Part shown: piece after piece, positions 28,774 to 38,840 of the stretch | Layout of the letters: the number at the start of each line of letters is the position of its first letter | How positions within the stretch are numbered: the first letter of the stretch is position 1 | IMG/VR virus record: IMGVR_UViG_3300044557_000292 | Coordinates: 323,388 to 387,387 of that record | DNA from: a virus | Lineage: Duplodnaviria; Heunggongvirae; Uroviricota; Caudoviricetes | Strand: one strand, 5' to 3' | Length of the DNA: 64,000 nucleotides | Notes under the pieces: generated by a model | Seen by the model: the letters and a program-made list of their open reading frames with translations, nothing else | Database searches by the model: none | Told to the model about the DNA's origin: nothing | Position numbers and translations under genes: made by a program

Positions 28774-28837
28774 AGATCCATCAGCCAATCCATCTACCAT
28801 CTTCTATTCCACGAAGAACAAGGTCGACGATTGACCG

Positions 28838-30403
28838 CTACCTCATGAATGGGTTCAATCCAAGATCGTGAAGAGGATCGGGATGATCGTCAATAATGCT
28901 TCCAGGCGTGTCTTTTACGCTATTCTGCTTATCAACTGATTCAGGATCACCAGGTTCGCTCGACGCGGAATCGCCAGTACTCTTATCCTGACCACCAGAG
29001 CCAACAACTGATGGCAGTGCCAGGTTGATTGACTCCTCGGATATTCTGAGTATCTTATCCTTCTCATCGTTGAGAGTCTTGAGACCAGATTCGGCCGACT
29101 TCTTGATGATCATGAGGCCAGAGGAGTCAAGATCATTAATGTCTGACTCAGACAGTTGTATGGCAGCTCTGGTAAGCTCTTGAACATGATCATCATGATG
29201 ACTAGACTTGGATAAGTCCTCCAGGTCTAATGAAACCTCGTTAAGCTTATCGAGCCGTTCCCTAACCACTCGCCTCAAATCTAGGAGACTATCATCAACG
29301 GAAGACTCTCGTATATCATCGTCTATAACCCCCGAATCGGTTGAAACGTCATCAAGGGAACCAGTCTCGTACTGATTCGAGATCGTACTGGATATGGTTA
29401 CGGGCTGGTTCATAGGATAAGATCTTGCCGGCAGTCCATGAGCCTGATGCTTCACGTACAAGCTCAGGTACTTCTCGGCCTCATATGGAGGCAGCTTGCA
29501 TCCAGACTTCAACGGGCTGCTAGATTCGAACCATATCATCCGCCCATCTTTTGACACGGAAGTACTCTTGACCGACGGGGCGTATGCCGACCCGTACTTC
29601 CCCCCAATGTACCCGTCAATCACTCTGCGCGCCGCGTCGGCAAGCTCTCTTGGAGTAGCGTTACCGTCATCATACTGCCAGCAGAGCCATCCGGTTGATG
29701 TCTCTAGAATGTAACCGGGCCTCCTCATGGATTCGATCATCTTCAGCCGCTTACGCTCACTCAGCCTATTCCGTATCTTCCCTATACTAACTATGGCCAG
29801 TATGCTTAATCCTAACCACCACGAGATGGAGACTCCCACAATCCAGGCTAGGATCAGAAGACCGAATCCACTCGTATTCGTCTTCTTCCTGATCCTCCTA
29901 TTCTCCCTTGAGATGATCTCATCTTGTGACCACTTGTCCATAAGATCAGAGTTGAACTCTGTAATCTTGTAAGGATCATACGAGGAGAGGTTCTGCATGA
30001 GATCGGGTTCTATAGCGTACTGCGGGTCATATGATATGGCTATGGTCTGACTGTCAGACGAACGCCAGTCTGCCGAAGAGATCTTGTCATTCTCAATGGT
30101 TGAAGCCCATTCCTCGTGACCGGTCTTCCTCATATTGTCAGCAACAGCCTGCAGGATCACGCTCTTATCTGACTTGAGCACATCATACTGGTAACCGTAC
30201 GGTAATTGCAGGTACAATCCCCCCAACCCACCGTCGAGACTCCTTCTGACCGTCCAGCGTATCGAGTGCTTATCGAGCATGGATTGACGATAATCCCAGA
30301 ACGGGTGGAGTCTATCCCCAGTACCGTCAGAATCAATCGTCTTACTAACGAGCTTTGTTCTTGGAAGCAGCCCACTGCCAGTACTCTGCTTTTTGCTAGT
30401 CAT
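28838..30403 (-). CDS. hypothetical membrane protein
   Basis: 521-aa ORF with internal TM pair FGLLILAWIVGVSISWWLGLSILAIVSIG. Confidence 0.45.
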   Translation of the reverse strand: MTSKKQSTGSGLLPRTKLVSKTIDSDGTGDRLHPFWDYRQSMLDKHSIRWTVRRSLDGGLGGLYLQLPYGYQYDVLKSDKSVILQAVADNMRKTGHEEWASTIENDKISSADWRSSDSQTIAISYDPQYAIEPDLMQNLSSYDPYKITEFNSDLMDKWSQDEIISRENRRIRKKTNTSGFGLLILAWIVGVSISWWLGLSILAIVSIGKIRNRLSERKRLKMIESMRRPGYILETSTGWLCWQYDDGNATPRELADAARRVIDGYIGGKYGSAYAPSVKSTSVSKDGRMIWFESSSPLKSGCKLPPYEAEKYLSLYVKHQAHGLPARSYPMNQPVTISSTISNQYETGSLDDVSTDSGVIDDDIRESSVDDSLLDLRRVVRERLDKLNEVSLDLEDLSKSSHHDDHVQELTRAAIQLSESDINDLDSSGLMIIKKSAESGLKTLNDEKDKILRISEESINLALPSVVGSGGQDKSTGDSASSEPGDPESVDKQNSVKDTPGSIIDDHPDPLHDLGLNPFMR

Positions 30404-30449
30404 GAATTCTGCCCTTCATCATTGTCATTCTTACACGATCGTTCTGGTA

Positions 30450-31046
30450 TTAGAAATCAAAGTGAGTCTTCTTCAACGCTGGACTCTTCCCCTGATCTGA
30501 AACCAAACGGAGTCTCCCATTACTCATGTTGATGAGCCCCTTGATCGGTATACTGCTAGTTGTTGGGTACCAGATGACCTTATAGTTACCGCCCTTCAGA
30601 TTATCCACAACAATAGCCTTGCCATCACTGGTGAGCTTGTCCTCCTGGGCTGGGTCATTCAGGAGGATGTTATTGATCTCATACGTGTTCACGATGTCCT
30701 GGAATCTGATCGTGTTAGCACCTATCGGCGGTAGGAGGAATCCAGTGATGATGGTGACCGCCACAAGACCAGCTGTTCCTATGACCCCACTCCTCCACTT
30801 ATCCCTAATCGTCTCTGGATCGGACGTGTTGATCTTATCCATGATTGACCATTTCTCATTAGTGATATTGTCAACCAGTTGAGCTGCGACCTTCCACGTG
30901 GTGATAGCGACAACAGCGATAACGCTGGCAGCAATGAGCGCGATCATGATCATTCGCTTTACACCACCAGTCTCAACGGCCACCGGATAGTCTGCAATAC
31001 TCACCGCCATGATGGTAATGATAGAAGCCATGCTCATTGTATCCAC
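30450..31046 (-). CDS. NfeD-like membrane protein (tentative), downstream of flotillin
   Basis: 3 N-terminal TM helices; C-terminal GGNYKVIWYPTTSSIPIKGLINMSNGRLRLV resembles the NfeD OB-fold pattern G..W.A....I..G..V.V..G..L.V. Confidence 0.4.
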   Translation of the reverse strand: MDTMSMASIITIMAVSIADYPVAVETGGVKRMIMIALIAASVIAVVAITTWKVAAQLVDNITNEKWSIMDKINTSDPETIRDKWRSGVIGTAGLVAVTIITGFLLPPIGANTIRFQDIVNTYEINNILLNDPAQEDKLTSDGKAIVVDNLKGGNYKVIWYPTTSSIPIKGLINMSNGRLRLVSDQGKSPALKKTHFDF

Positions 31047-31159
31047 TCTCCATCCAAAGACAAGAACGCTAATTTAAGTAAGAATAAGATATGAGTAGAT
31101 TGATGCCACAACTCCATAATTACAGGCAATATGCCTTCATAATCACCCACATGCCGTTT

Positions 31160-31267
31160 AGACGTGTTCTAACGTGCCATAGACGCCCCATTAGCATCAG
31201 TACGTGTTTTTTTTACGCAACTAGATAGAGTATGAGGAAGGCGCGTTAGAATTGCTTCCAGCGCGCC
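31160..31267. repeat. third copy of the GC-rich ~100-bp element related to the 53385..53487 / 57897..58010 inverted repeats
   Basis: Shared blocks cc-tagacgc, gtgttttttt, ggcgcgttagaa and tcc-gcgc-cc in the same order. Confidence 0.45.
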
Positions 31268-31297
31268 TTTCAATATTTGCTGATGAGGATTGGAAGA

Positions 31298-32701
31298 TCA
31301 CTCACCAGTATCAGATGCAGTTTCCTTTTCCGTGGCCGTCGTGCCTGCAGGCGTGTCGGCAGTCGCGGCCCCATCAGGATCAGGATTCTGGTGCGCTAGC
31401 TCTCTCAGAGACTTCGCGAGATCAACACCGGTGAGCGTGTTCACCAGTGTTGGCAACTTGGCAGCAAGATCGGTTACGAGACTAGATGTCCGATCCTGCG
31501 CGTCTGTACCAACCGAGGTGATGGTAGCGCCCTCAAGAGGCTTGCTCAGGGATGCGGCAAGCTCAGGCAGCTTCTCGATGATGAGTGACTGCAGGGCAGC
31601 CTGACCATACTTACGATAGGCCTCCGCCTTCTTGTTCATAGCCTCGGCCTCTGCAAGACCCTGTGCCCTCACAGCGTCAGCCTTGGCCTCACCCTGCGCT
31701 CTAATCGCCTCGGCCTCAGCGACAGCTCGCGCCTTCGTTGCGGCAGCCTCAGCATCAGCATTCTGACGGGTGACCTCGGCCTGGGCCTCAGCATCAGTCT
31801 TCCTCTTGTACTTCTCAGCGTCAGCCTTCGTGTTCACGTCAGACTCAAGACGAACCCTCTGCAGCTTGACGTTCTCAGCTTCGGCGAGAGCCTCGGCCTC
31901 AGCAATCTTCTTATTCTGTGCCTGCTGTTCGAGACTCTTCACGGCCTCAGCGTTCACATCAGCCTTACCGATGTCAGCCTTAATGCTTGCCTGTTGTAGA
32001 GCGAGATCCTTCTGACTCAGAGCGATCTCTCGATCAGCGGCGATCTGCGCTTGCTGGGCTTCCTGCTTAGCATTCGCCTCAGCAATCGTGGCGGCCTTCT
32101 TCACAGACGCTTCCTGAGGAGCACCAAGAGCATCAATATAACCAGTCTGGTCATTGATCTCCTGAATCTGGAGCGTATCCAGGGACAGCCCCTGAATGGT
32201 GATAGAGTCAGCGACCTCATCACGGACAGCCTTCGTGAACTCAAGACGATCAGAGAGAAGACTCTCGACCGTCATCCCGCCTACGATAGACCTCATCGAT
32301 CCCTCAATGATTTCCTTCACGTACGGCTCCATGATCTGTTCCTGCCGAGAGAACCTCTGGGCTGCCAGGCGGATGTCCTCATCGGTGTTATTCACCTTGA
32401 AGGTTGTAACGACCTTGAGGTGGATCTTGATCTTCTCCTTAGAGATGGCATCGCATTCAGTACTGATCTGATGCGACTTGAGGGAGATGCTCACCACCCT
32501 GTTGATGAAAGGCCAGACGAATCCTCCACGATTCTGGAGAACCCTGACCGCTCTGTTCCCATTATCATCTTTACCATTTGATCCAGAGATGACGTAGGCC
32601 TCGTTGATGGTCGGCGTCTTATACCGGCTCACCAGGAACCATACTAGCAAGATGACGATCAGTATGATTGCTCCTGCGCCTATAGGGGTCGAATAATCCA
32701 T
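31298..32701 (-). CDS. flotillin-like SPFH/band-7 protein
   Basis: N-terminal TM, SPFH domain, then a long Ala/Glu/Gln/Lys coiled-coil repeat region (AEANAKQEAQQAQIAADRE...). Confidence 0.85.
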   Translation of the reverse strand: MDYSTPIGAGAIILIVILLVWFLVSRYKTPTINEAYVISGSNGKDDNGNRAVRVLQNRGGFVWPFINRVVSISLKSHQISTECDAISKEKIKIHLKVVTTFKVNNTDEDIRLAAQRFSRQEQIMEPYVKEIIEGSMRSIVGGMTVESLLSDRLEFTKAVRDEVADSITIQGLSLDTLQIQEINDQTGYIDALGAPQEASVKKAATIAEANAKQEAQQAQIAADREIALSQKDLALQQASIKADIGKADVNAEAVKSLEQQAQNKKIAEAEALAEAENVKLQRVRLESDVNTKADAEKYKRKTDAEAQAEVTRQNADAEAAATKARAVAEAEAIRAQGEAKADAVRAQGLAEAEAMNKKAEAYRKYGQAALQSLIIEKLPELAASLSKPLEGATITSVGTDAQDRTSSLVTDLAAKLPTLVNTLTGVDLAKSLRELAHQNPDPDGAATADTPAGTTATEKETASDTGE

Positions 32702-32838
32702 TCATATTCCTTTCCGAGAAATTGAGCCCATTGACTATTATGCATAGCACGAACAGGACTAATCGTCACGTTTCAATGCATACGAGATAATATAATACCA
32801 TTATTCCAATCAATATGAAATCAATCAATTCGGTATCG

Positions 32839-33774
32839 TCAAATCTTATCCAGGTTATCCAGGAATATTTGATCATCAAACGGGTCATGATCACTGTTTT
32901 CAAGTTCGGTAACGATCACGTCAATCACGTACTTGTCCTTGGAGGCCTTTCCACCACCGTAGAAGCTTGTATTCTTTATGAAGTTATTGTTATCATCATG
33001 CCATAAGACGCACGTGTCAGTCCCACCGTCTTGCAGTGGCTTCACGGTAGGCCAACAGTTGGGAGCATCGAAGTCGTGCTTCGTGATCACGTTCGACCTC
33101 ACGTCAAAACGAACGATACCAGGGAATAAGAGCCTCTTCTCATTCAAGGCCAGCTTCTCCTTGATGTACGACTTCCTATCAGCGTTGGATCTTCTCCGAT
33201 CCTGCTTCTCGTGTGTCTTCCTGAACATATTCTTGTACCTGGTTAAGATCTTCGACTCTAATCTGTACTGAAGCTTGACACCCCTGAGATCGTCTTCCAC
33301 CGCCCTGATCTTACCGGACAATTCCACATGCTTGTACGCCGATCGGGGAATCGTTCTATTCTCCGTCTTCAATGCTGACAGGCCTGACTTCATCTGACTG
33401 ATCTTATCCTCAAGTGAAGACACGATGCACTTCTGCGCGTCATAATCGTCGAACGCCTTCCTCTCTGTTGGCGTATAGTCAGTTGAGGACAGATTCCACG
33501 AGGAGGGTTCTAGGGCGATGAGACCGAATTCATGCTCTATGGCAGAACCCCATACCTTCTCACCGTATGCTCTCAGCCAGGCGCTCTTCTGCCGTGACGT
33601 GATGTCATTATCACCGGTATTCGACCCCTTGTAATGCTCCCTTGGAATGGTGAACCTCACCCTTAGTACCTTGGGATCATCAGAGTGAGATGAACGCACC
33701 TTGAATCCAGCATCAGTATCGTCTTCGATCACATTACCAGTATCCTGAAATCCATCGGACATGATTAGTACCAC
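32839..33774 (-). CDS. hypothetical protein
   Basis: 311-aa ORF. Confidence 0.45.
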   Translation of the reverse strand: MVLIMSDGFQDTGNVIEDDTDAGFKVRSSHSDDPKVLRVRFTIPREHYKGSNTGDNDITSRQKSAWLRAYGEKVWGSAIEHEFGLIALEPSSWNLSSTDYTPTERKAFDDYDAQKCIVSSLEDKISQMKSGLSALKTENRTIPRSAYKHVELSGKIRAVEDDLRGVKLQYRLESKILTRYKNMFRKTHEKQDRRRSNADRKSYIKEKLALNEKRLLFPGIVRFDVRSNVITKHDFDAPNCWPTVKPLQDGGTDTCVLWHDDNNNFIKNTSFYGGGKASKDKYVIDVIVTELENSDHDPFDDQIFLDNLDKI

Positions 33775-34796
33775 CCATTAGAATTGCTATGCTGAGCTGC
33801 CGCCGAGGGGGAACCATACCTGGACGCAATGTAATTCAGCCCCCAGTCGACCTGCACCCTGTAATCTGATCTGTACGCATCGGTCTGGCACTCACTGTGG
33901 CCAAGGCATTGCGGGATTCCAGACGCTCCGGATGACGCATTGTATGACGACGGATTCCATCCCGACTCACGATTCCACAACCATACGAGAGCACTGAATT
34001 CAGATTCACTCCACCCCCGGCTCAAGACCTTAGAGTGAGCATAAGACTGCGCATCCCCGGCCGGCACAGCAGGAGTCATTGGGGAAGACGCACCTGATGC
34101 CGTTGAAGATGGCATCTCCTTAAGATTAGAGTACGCGGATGAGAGGCCATTCATGGTAGCATTCAGGGCCGATGGATCCAAACTTTTGTTATGAATGAGG
34201 TCATTAGCCGCATTGACGTTAGACGACCATTCAGACCAGCTATCACTCGTGTACTTGTCCTTATCAAGACTCTTGTGATCATTCAAGAATCCCTGCATCT
34301 TGCCTTTTATACCTATGGCCTTGTCTTGGGTCTCCGCCTGGTTCTTCAAATTGGACTTGAGTTGTTCAGAATCCTCTCCGAGAGTCCAAGTGCCATCACC
34401 AGTGTTAGCGTTCTTCTCGGAAAGGTACTCCCTTTGAAAGTCCCTCGACACTCTACTACCAGAAGACAATGAGTAGTGATCTTTAACAACGCGAGATTTG
34501 GGAGGGATCGCCCGGAGCTTTGCATCTGGCGCGCGGAGATGACCCATTATTGACCACATAACGCTTGTGGCTATCATGACTGCGATCATAATGACTGCAA
34601 CAATGATAGCTTTCCTGTTGATATTAATGGGAGCAGCATGCCGCGCTGAACCCGCGCGCTCGTATTCTATTCCACGCCGATTCCTAATAGGATCGTCTCT
34701 CGTGATCGTCTTATCTGGCTTCATATAAAGAATAGATATGTCCGTCGGGCTTGTTCTTCCGGTAATGTTCATGATAAACGGCATCAATACAATCAT
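33765..34796 (-). CDS. membrane-anchored protein with C-terminal SLT-like lytic transglycosylase domain
   Basis: N-terminal TM; C-terminal NRESGWNPSSYNASSGASGIPQ matches the SLT family motif E-S-x-x-N-x-x-A-x-S-x-x-G-A-x-G-L-M-Q. Confidence 0.55.
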   Translation of the reverse strand: MIVLMPFIMNITGRTSPTDISILYMKPDKTITRDDPIRNRRGIEYERAGSARHAAPININRKAIIVAVIMIAVMIATSVMWSIMGHLRAPDAKLRAIPPKSRVVKDHYSLSSGSRVSRDFQREYLSEKNANTGDGTWTLGEDSEQLKSNLKNQAETQDKAIGIKGKMQGFLNDHKSLDKDKYTSDSWSEWSSNVNAANDLIHNKSLDPSALNATMNGLSSAYSNLKEMPSSTASGASSPMTPAVPAGDAQSYAHSKVLSRGWSESEFSALVWLWNRESGWNPSSYNASSGASGIPQCLGHSECQTDAYRSDYRVQVDWGLNYIASRYGSPSAAAQHSNSNGWY

Positions 34797-35203
34797 ATTA
34801 GCAAGGGCAATACTAGCGCAATGAGGGTAGCTCCAGCGACAATGAACGCGACGATCTTAACGGTAAGACGCTCAACCTTGACCTTCCTCGCGGGACGAGG
34901 ACGAGTTGGGTCCTCATGCTGCTCCCTCAGCTTTTCCGCTCTGTCCTTCACCCTACGGCTCATAGCCACGGATATTGAAGATGAGTCTATGGTCGCATGG
35001 CCCTTAGGAGAGGAATCTTCGGAATGGTCATCGCCATTGCTTGGCGGCACGGCATGGGTCTTGTCATCAACGGGATCATTCCCACTACTCATTGCTGAAC
35101 GACGGGCCTCCTCGGCCTTTAGATTCTCAACCCTCCTGCTCTCCTTCTCAAGACGCTTCATGCGTTCTTGCCGCTTCCTCCTTGATGCCGATCTTGACGA
35201 CAT
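34793..35203 (-). CDS. hypothetical basic/coiled-coil protein with C-terminal TM
   Basis: 136-aa ORF. Confidence 0.4.
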   Translation of the reverse strand: MSSRSASRRKRQERMKRLEKESRRVENLKAEEARRSAMSSGNDPVDDKTHAVPPSNGDDHSEDSSPKGHATIDSSSISVAMSRRVKDRAEKLREQHEDPTRPRPARKVKVERLTVKIVAFIVAGATLIALVLPLLI

Positions 35204-35205
35204 GA

Positions 35206-35823
35206 CTATCTTCCTCCTATCTGATTCGGGTATCTGCTTATGGTAGATCTCCCCGCACGCACCTTGTATGATGCAGAGGGACCGTCAACGATTCCAAAGA
35301 GCTTCCATGCTCCAACGGTCTTCAACCATGCTATCATTCTGTCAACATCTTCCTGAGTGGAATCCTCCATGTCAATGATCACGGAAATGTCACCAGTGAA
35401 ATCCTCATTGACGTGATCTTCCCACCCGTTGAATAGTCGAAGGGCGAAGTCCTCATCCATCTCCTCATCGCTGAACATGGTCTCCCTAGTGATAGTGACA
35501 ATGTCCACGTTGACTGGGCTGACCACGGCGGCAGCGCAAATCTCGTCACGAAGATTCCTAATGAAAGCACCGCGACTAGATCTGATCGCGTAAGACATAG
35601 CCCATCTGCCCTCATTATCCAGATTATTGAAGGAATCCTTCCTCGTATAATGCTTCACATTCCTAATATCGACAGACCGCAACTTCCTGTCGACCTTCAC
35701 CACGTCAAGTCCCAGTGATGATACAGCACGATCTTTAAGCCATCCATTCAAGATCGTGCGCGTCCTCATGCCATCGACCACAGATTGAATCTTATCAGAT
35801 TCATCATTTATTATTCTTCTCAT
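35206..35823 (-). CDS. hypothetical protein
   Basis: 205-aa ORF. Confidence 0.45.
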   Translation of the reverse strand: MRRIINDESDKIQSVVDGMRTRTILNGWLKDRAVSSLGLDVVKVDRKLRSVDIRNVKHYTRKDSFNNLDNEGRWAMSYAIRSSRGAFIRNLRDEICAAAVVSPVNVDIVTITRETMFSDEEMDEDFALRLFNGWEDHVNEDFTGDISVIIDMEDSTQEDVDRMIAWLKTVGAWKLFGIVDGPSASYKVRAGRSTISRYPNQIGGR

Positions 35824-35920
35824 TTACAGAACTCCATCCCAATCGTCATCACGAGCAGCGGATGACTAAGACGTTATAACCAAATAGTCATTATAACTTT
35901 ATAATCATGTGAGAATCAGG

Positions 35921-36658
35921 TCATAACAATCGTTCTTCCGTGAGTCTAACGGCATCGAGAACAGCCTCATGGATCGTGTCGTCATCACGGGGGCGCTCGT
36001 CAGAATCAGCCGTGACAATCCCATCAGCTATCTTGGCCACACGGTAAAGCTCTTCGTCATTGATCCTCATCTTATTGATCTCGGCAATGTCATCCTCATG
36101 AATAGAATGAACGGCTTTGACGATCCGGTTGACCTCATCTTCGCCCGGTTCATCATCTTCATCAGTATCATCATTCTCATTGTCCTGCGCGAGTAGAGAC
36201 TCATTGTCCTCATACGGTAGCCATGAGTCTGATCCTATGATGACGGTTTCCACGCCGTCTTCACCCCTCCCGTAGTCTACCGTCACTCCAGTAAGACGAG
36301 ACGTCACGCCAGACGTACGGATAAGACTCTGGACCCTCACGCCCCCAGCGCCAACAAGATGATTATCCCTGAGATCATTGAGAATATTGATGAGGTCATC
36401 AACCGTCATGGGACGGTAGACGTAATGATTGCCAACGTTCACCTTGAGCGTTGGATCATCAGCAGCGTAATCCCTGTAATCACCATTACCAGAGTCTTGG
36501 ATCGCCGGGTCATCTGAATCATCCTCGACGGCCGCCTTCCTCAGCTCGGTTCTCTTCTTATCAAGGCTAGACCACCATCTATCAGCTATCACGTCTCTAT
36601 GCTCAGCCATTCCTACTCCTCCATTAAGATTCATATTCGTCAAATCTTGTAAGCTCAA
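35921..36658 (-). CDS. hypothetical acidic protein
   Basis: 245-aa ORF. Confidence 0.45.
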   Translation of the reverse strand: MSLQDLTNMNLNGGVGMAEHRDVIADRWWSSLDKKRTELRKAAVEDDSDDPAIQDSGNGDYRDYAADDPTLKVNVGNHYVYRPMTVDDLINILNDLRDNHLVGAGGVRVQSLIRTSGVTSRLTGVTVDYGRGEDGVETVIIGSDSWLPYEDNESLLAQDNENDDTDEDDEPGEDEVNRIVKAVHSIHEDDIAEINKMRINDEELYRVAKIADGIVTADSDERPRDDDTIHEAVLDAVRLTEERLL

Positions 36659-36786
36659 AACCCGTCAAACATCGTCAGATTATTAAGATATTGAACGATA
36701 TGGTTAGAACCAATCGATCTTAATATAATCCAATAATTGGGGCCTTATGGGAAGACCCCCATACATGACCCCTGGTCAACGTGAGT

Positions 36787-38097
36787 CTACTTGACTTCCG
36801 AATCCTCAGATCCATCTGACGGCAATGTCCTATCAACCTTACTCGACAGAGTGTTAATGAGATCAGTTCTGGTATCATCGAGGATCTTGGATTCCATGAG
36901 CGTCTTATTCAGAAGATCAAGTTGCTTCTGCATTCTCTCGGTGGCATCATGATTGAACTCTACAGAATTCTTCTCAGCATCCTTGAACGCCTGATGGGCC
37001 GAGATGATCGTGTTCAGGGTGGCTTGCATGTTCTCAACGTTATCATGGAGGCTCTCCTGGATCTTATTCACACTGTCCACAGAGTCCTTAAGATTCACCG
37101 CGTTATCCATGTTAAGATTGACGGCGGCCGCGTCTGCCGTGAGTACAGCCTTACGAGCCGTTTCCTGGACGTAGATTCCATGGGCGAGTTGAACGGCGGA
37201 CTTGAGACGGATGACCGCCGTGTTCTTCGTGCTCTTGACCTGCTCGATCATCTTCCAATGCGTCTTCGCGAGGAGGTCAATAGAAGCAATGTACGTGGTC
37301 TGACCGGCAGCGATGTTGATGAGATCAGATCGTCTGCGTTCTAGGGTGTTCAGTACCTCAGACTCAAGAGCTTCCTTAATCTCGGGATCAGCATTGAACT
37401 TGCCGCTTGATAATTCCGTCCTCAACTGTTCGATGATCTTACCAGCCAAGGACGCTTGTTGCGTGGCGGCCTCAACGCACTTCAACGCCCTGACGCGATC
37501 TTCCTTATATACCGCAATGTCACTCCTGAGCGAGAATTCATACTTGGTGAGCGTCTTCATGCAATCCTCAATGACTGCACCAGCCTTGCGGGTCTTATTG
37601 AAGAAGCTGCGCACTGGGTCATATACCGCTCGAAGGAGCTTGTTCTCCGGGCGATGGAGGATCTTCCTAGCATCAATGTCATTCATCGCGTTAGACATCT
37701 TGGTGAGCGTCTTGCCAATGTTCTTATTGGCTTCAGATCCCCTGCCAAGCTCTCCCATCGATATGTCAAACTGAGACTTGTTACTGATATCTGGGAGGAG
37801 ATCTTTAATAGCATCCTCACCGAAGTTCTCATACTTCTCGTGGAGATCATAGATCTTCGAGAATTTCTGTGAATCTTTAGCGTCATGCGACTTGATGACG
37901 TTGAAGGTATCACCAGAGATAAGACTTGAATCCATGAACTTCTTGTGCCCGGAGACAGCATTAGCAACAGCCTTCTTAGCAGCCTCAACATCATTCCTCG
38001 TATCTGACTCTAACTGCGGGGCTGCCGCGACCCCCGCCGAAATTGATCCATCATCCATACTAACCATTCTCCTTATAGCATCGTTATGATTGGCCAT
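36787..38097 (-). CDS. coiled-coil protein, possibly TelA-like (toxic anion resistance family), tentative
   Basis: 436 aa, all-helical composition; segment YENFGEDAIKDLLPDISNKSQ...MGELGRGSEANKNIG loosely resembles the TelA N-terminal FG...S..S...GE.G pattern. Confidence 0.35.
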   Translation of the reverse strand: MANHNDAIRRMVSMDDGSISAGVAAAPQLESDTRNDVEAAKKAVANAVSGHKKFMDSSLISGDTFNVIKSHDAKDSQKFSKIYDLHEKYENFGEDAIKDLLPDISNKSQFDISMGELGRGSEANKNIGKTLTKMSNAMNDIDARKILHRPENKLLRAVYDPVRSFFNKTRKAGAVIEDCMKTLTKYEFSLRSDIAVYKEDRVRALKCVEAATQQASLAGKIIEQLRTELSSGKFNADPEIKEALESEVLNTLERRRSDLINIAAGQTTYIASIDLLAKTHWKMIEQVKSTKNTAVIRLKSAVQLAHGIYVQETARKAVLTADAAAVNLNMDNAVNLKDSVDSVNKIQESLHDNVENMQATLNTIISAHQAFKDAEKNSVEFNHDATERMQKQLDLLNKTLMESKILDDTRTDLINTLSSKVDRTLPSDGSEDSEVK

Positions 38098-38165
38098 GAA
38101 TACATTATAACAACAGATGACCTAACAATGCAATTCGCAGGACGAGGAGATGATTCTATCATACT

Positions 38166-38801
38166 TCAGAATATCTGCCAGTAATGGATGAGTACAGCGA
38201 CGATAAGCGCAGCGAGAATGACGATGGCAGCGAGTAGCGATTCTAACCCGATCGTGAACTTGTACACCCCTGCATGATGCTCTGACTCCCCCAGAGCCCA
38301 CTGCCTCCACGTTCCGAATGCAAGCAGTACTGTCCCCAGATCCATGGTGAGGCACCACGGGCACATAGCACCAATCACGAATACTGACTGCTGGAGGAGC
38401 CATGTGGAGAAGATGAACGCAATGACCACGCCAATCCTGAACCCCCATTCCACCCATCGCGGGATGCTCACCCCGCTCGCGACCAGCACGCCTATCGTAA
38501 CGAAGACGGAGAACACGATGAGACCAAGGAACGCATTGGGAACTGCCCCGTTACCAGGCCAGTGAATCAGGGTAGACTGCCATGACTCTGCAACCGTTGA
38601 GCATGACAGTTTAGCATTCACGTCGCATGCGAAGATCGTTTTCGGGTTCAACGCCCTCCAATACGCTTCCAGTGATAGCATGAGAGATGCAAGCAGACCA
38701 AGAACTGATCCGATGGTAATTAACACTCCAGACCATATCTGGCTCGATCGTACCCTGAATATCCCGTTAATCATGTCTTCTTCCTGTTCTAGTAGATTCA
38801 A
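38166..38801 (-). CDS. VKOR (vitamin K epoxide reductase) family membrane oxidoreductase
   Basis: Loop Cys pair CDVNAKLSC, TM CxxC (MCPWC), about 5 TM helices. Confidence 0.6.
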   Translation of the reverse strand: MNLLEQEEDMINGIFRVRSSQIWSGVLITIGSVLGLLASLMLSLEAYWRALNPKTIFACDVNAKLSCSTVAESWQSTLIHWPGNGAVPNAFLGLIVFSVFVTIGVLVASGVSIPRWVEWGFRIGVVIAFIFSTWLLQQSVFVIGAMCPWCLTMDLGTVLLAFGTWRQWALGESEHHAGVYKFTIGLESLLAAIVILAALIVAVLIHYWQIF

Positions 38802-38840
38802 TCTTCTTAGTATGGAATGGTATCGTCAGTAGAATCACAC

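Noticed and set aside
31201-31225. T8 run after a hairpin as a rho-independent terminator for the flotillin operon
   Set aside because: The T-run is on the plus strand, while the flanking genes are transcribed on the minus strand; interpreted instead as part of the repeated GC-rich element
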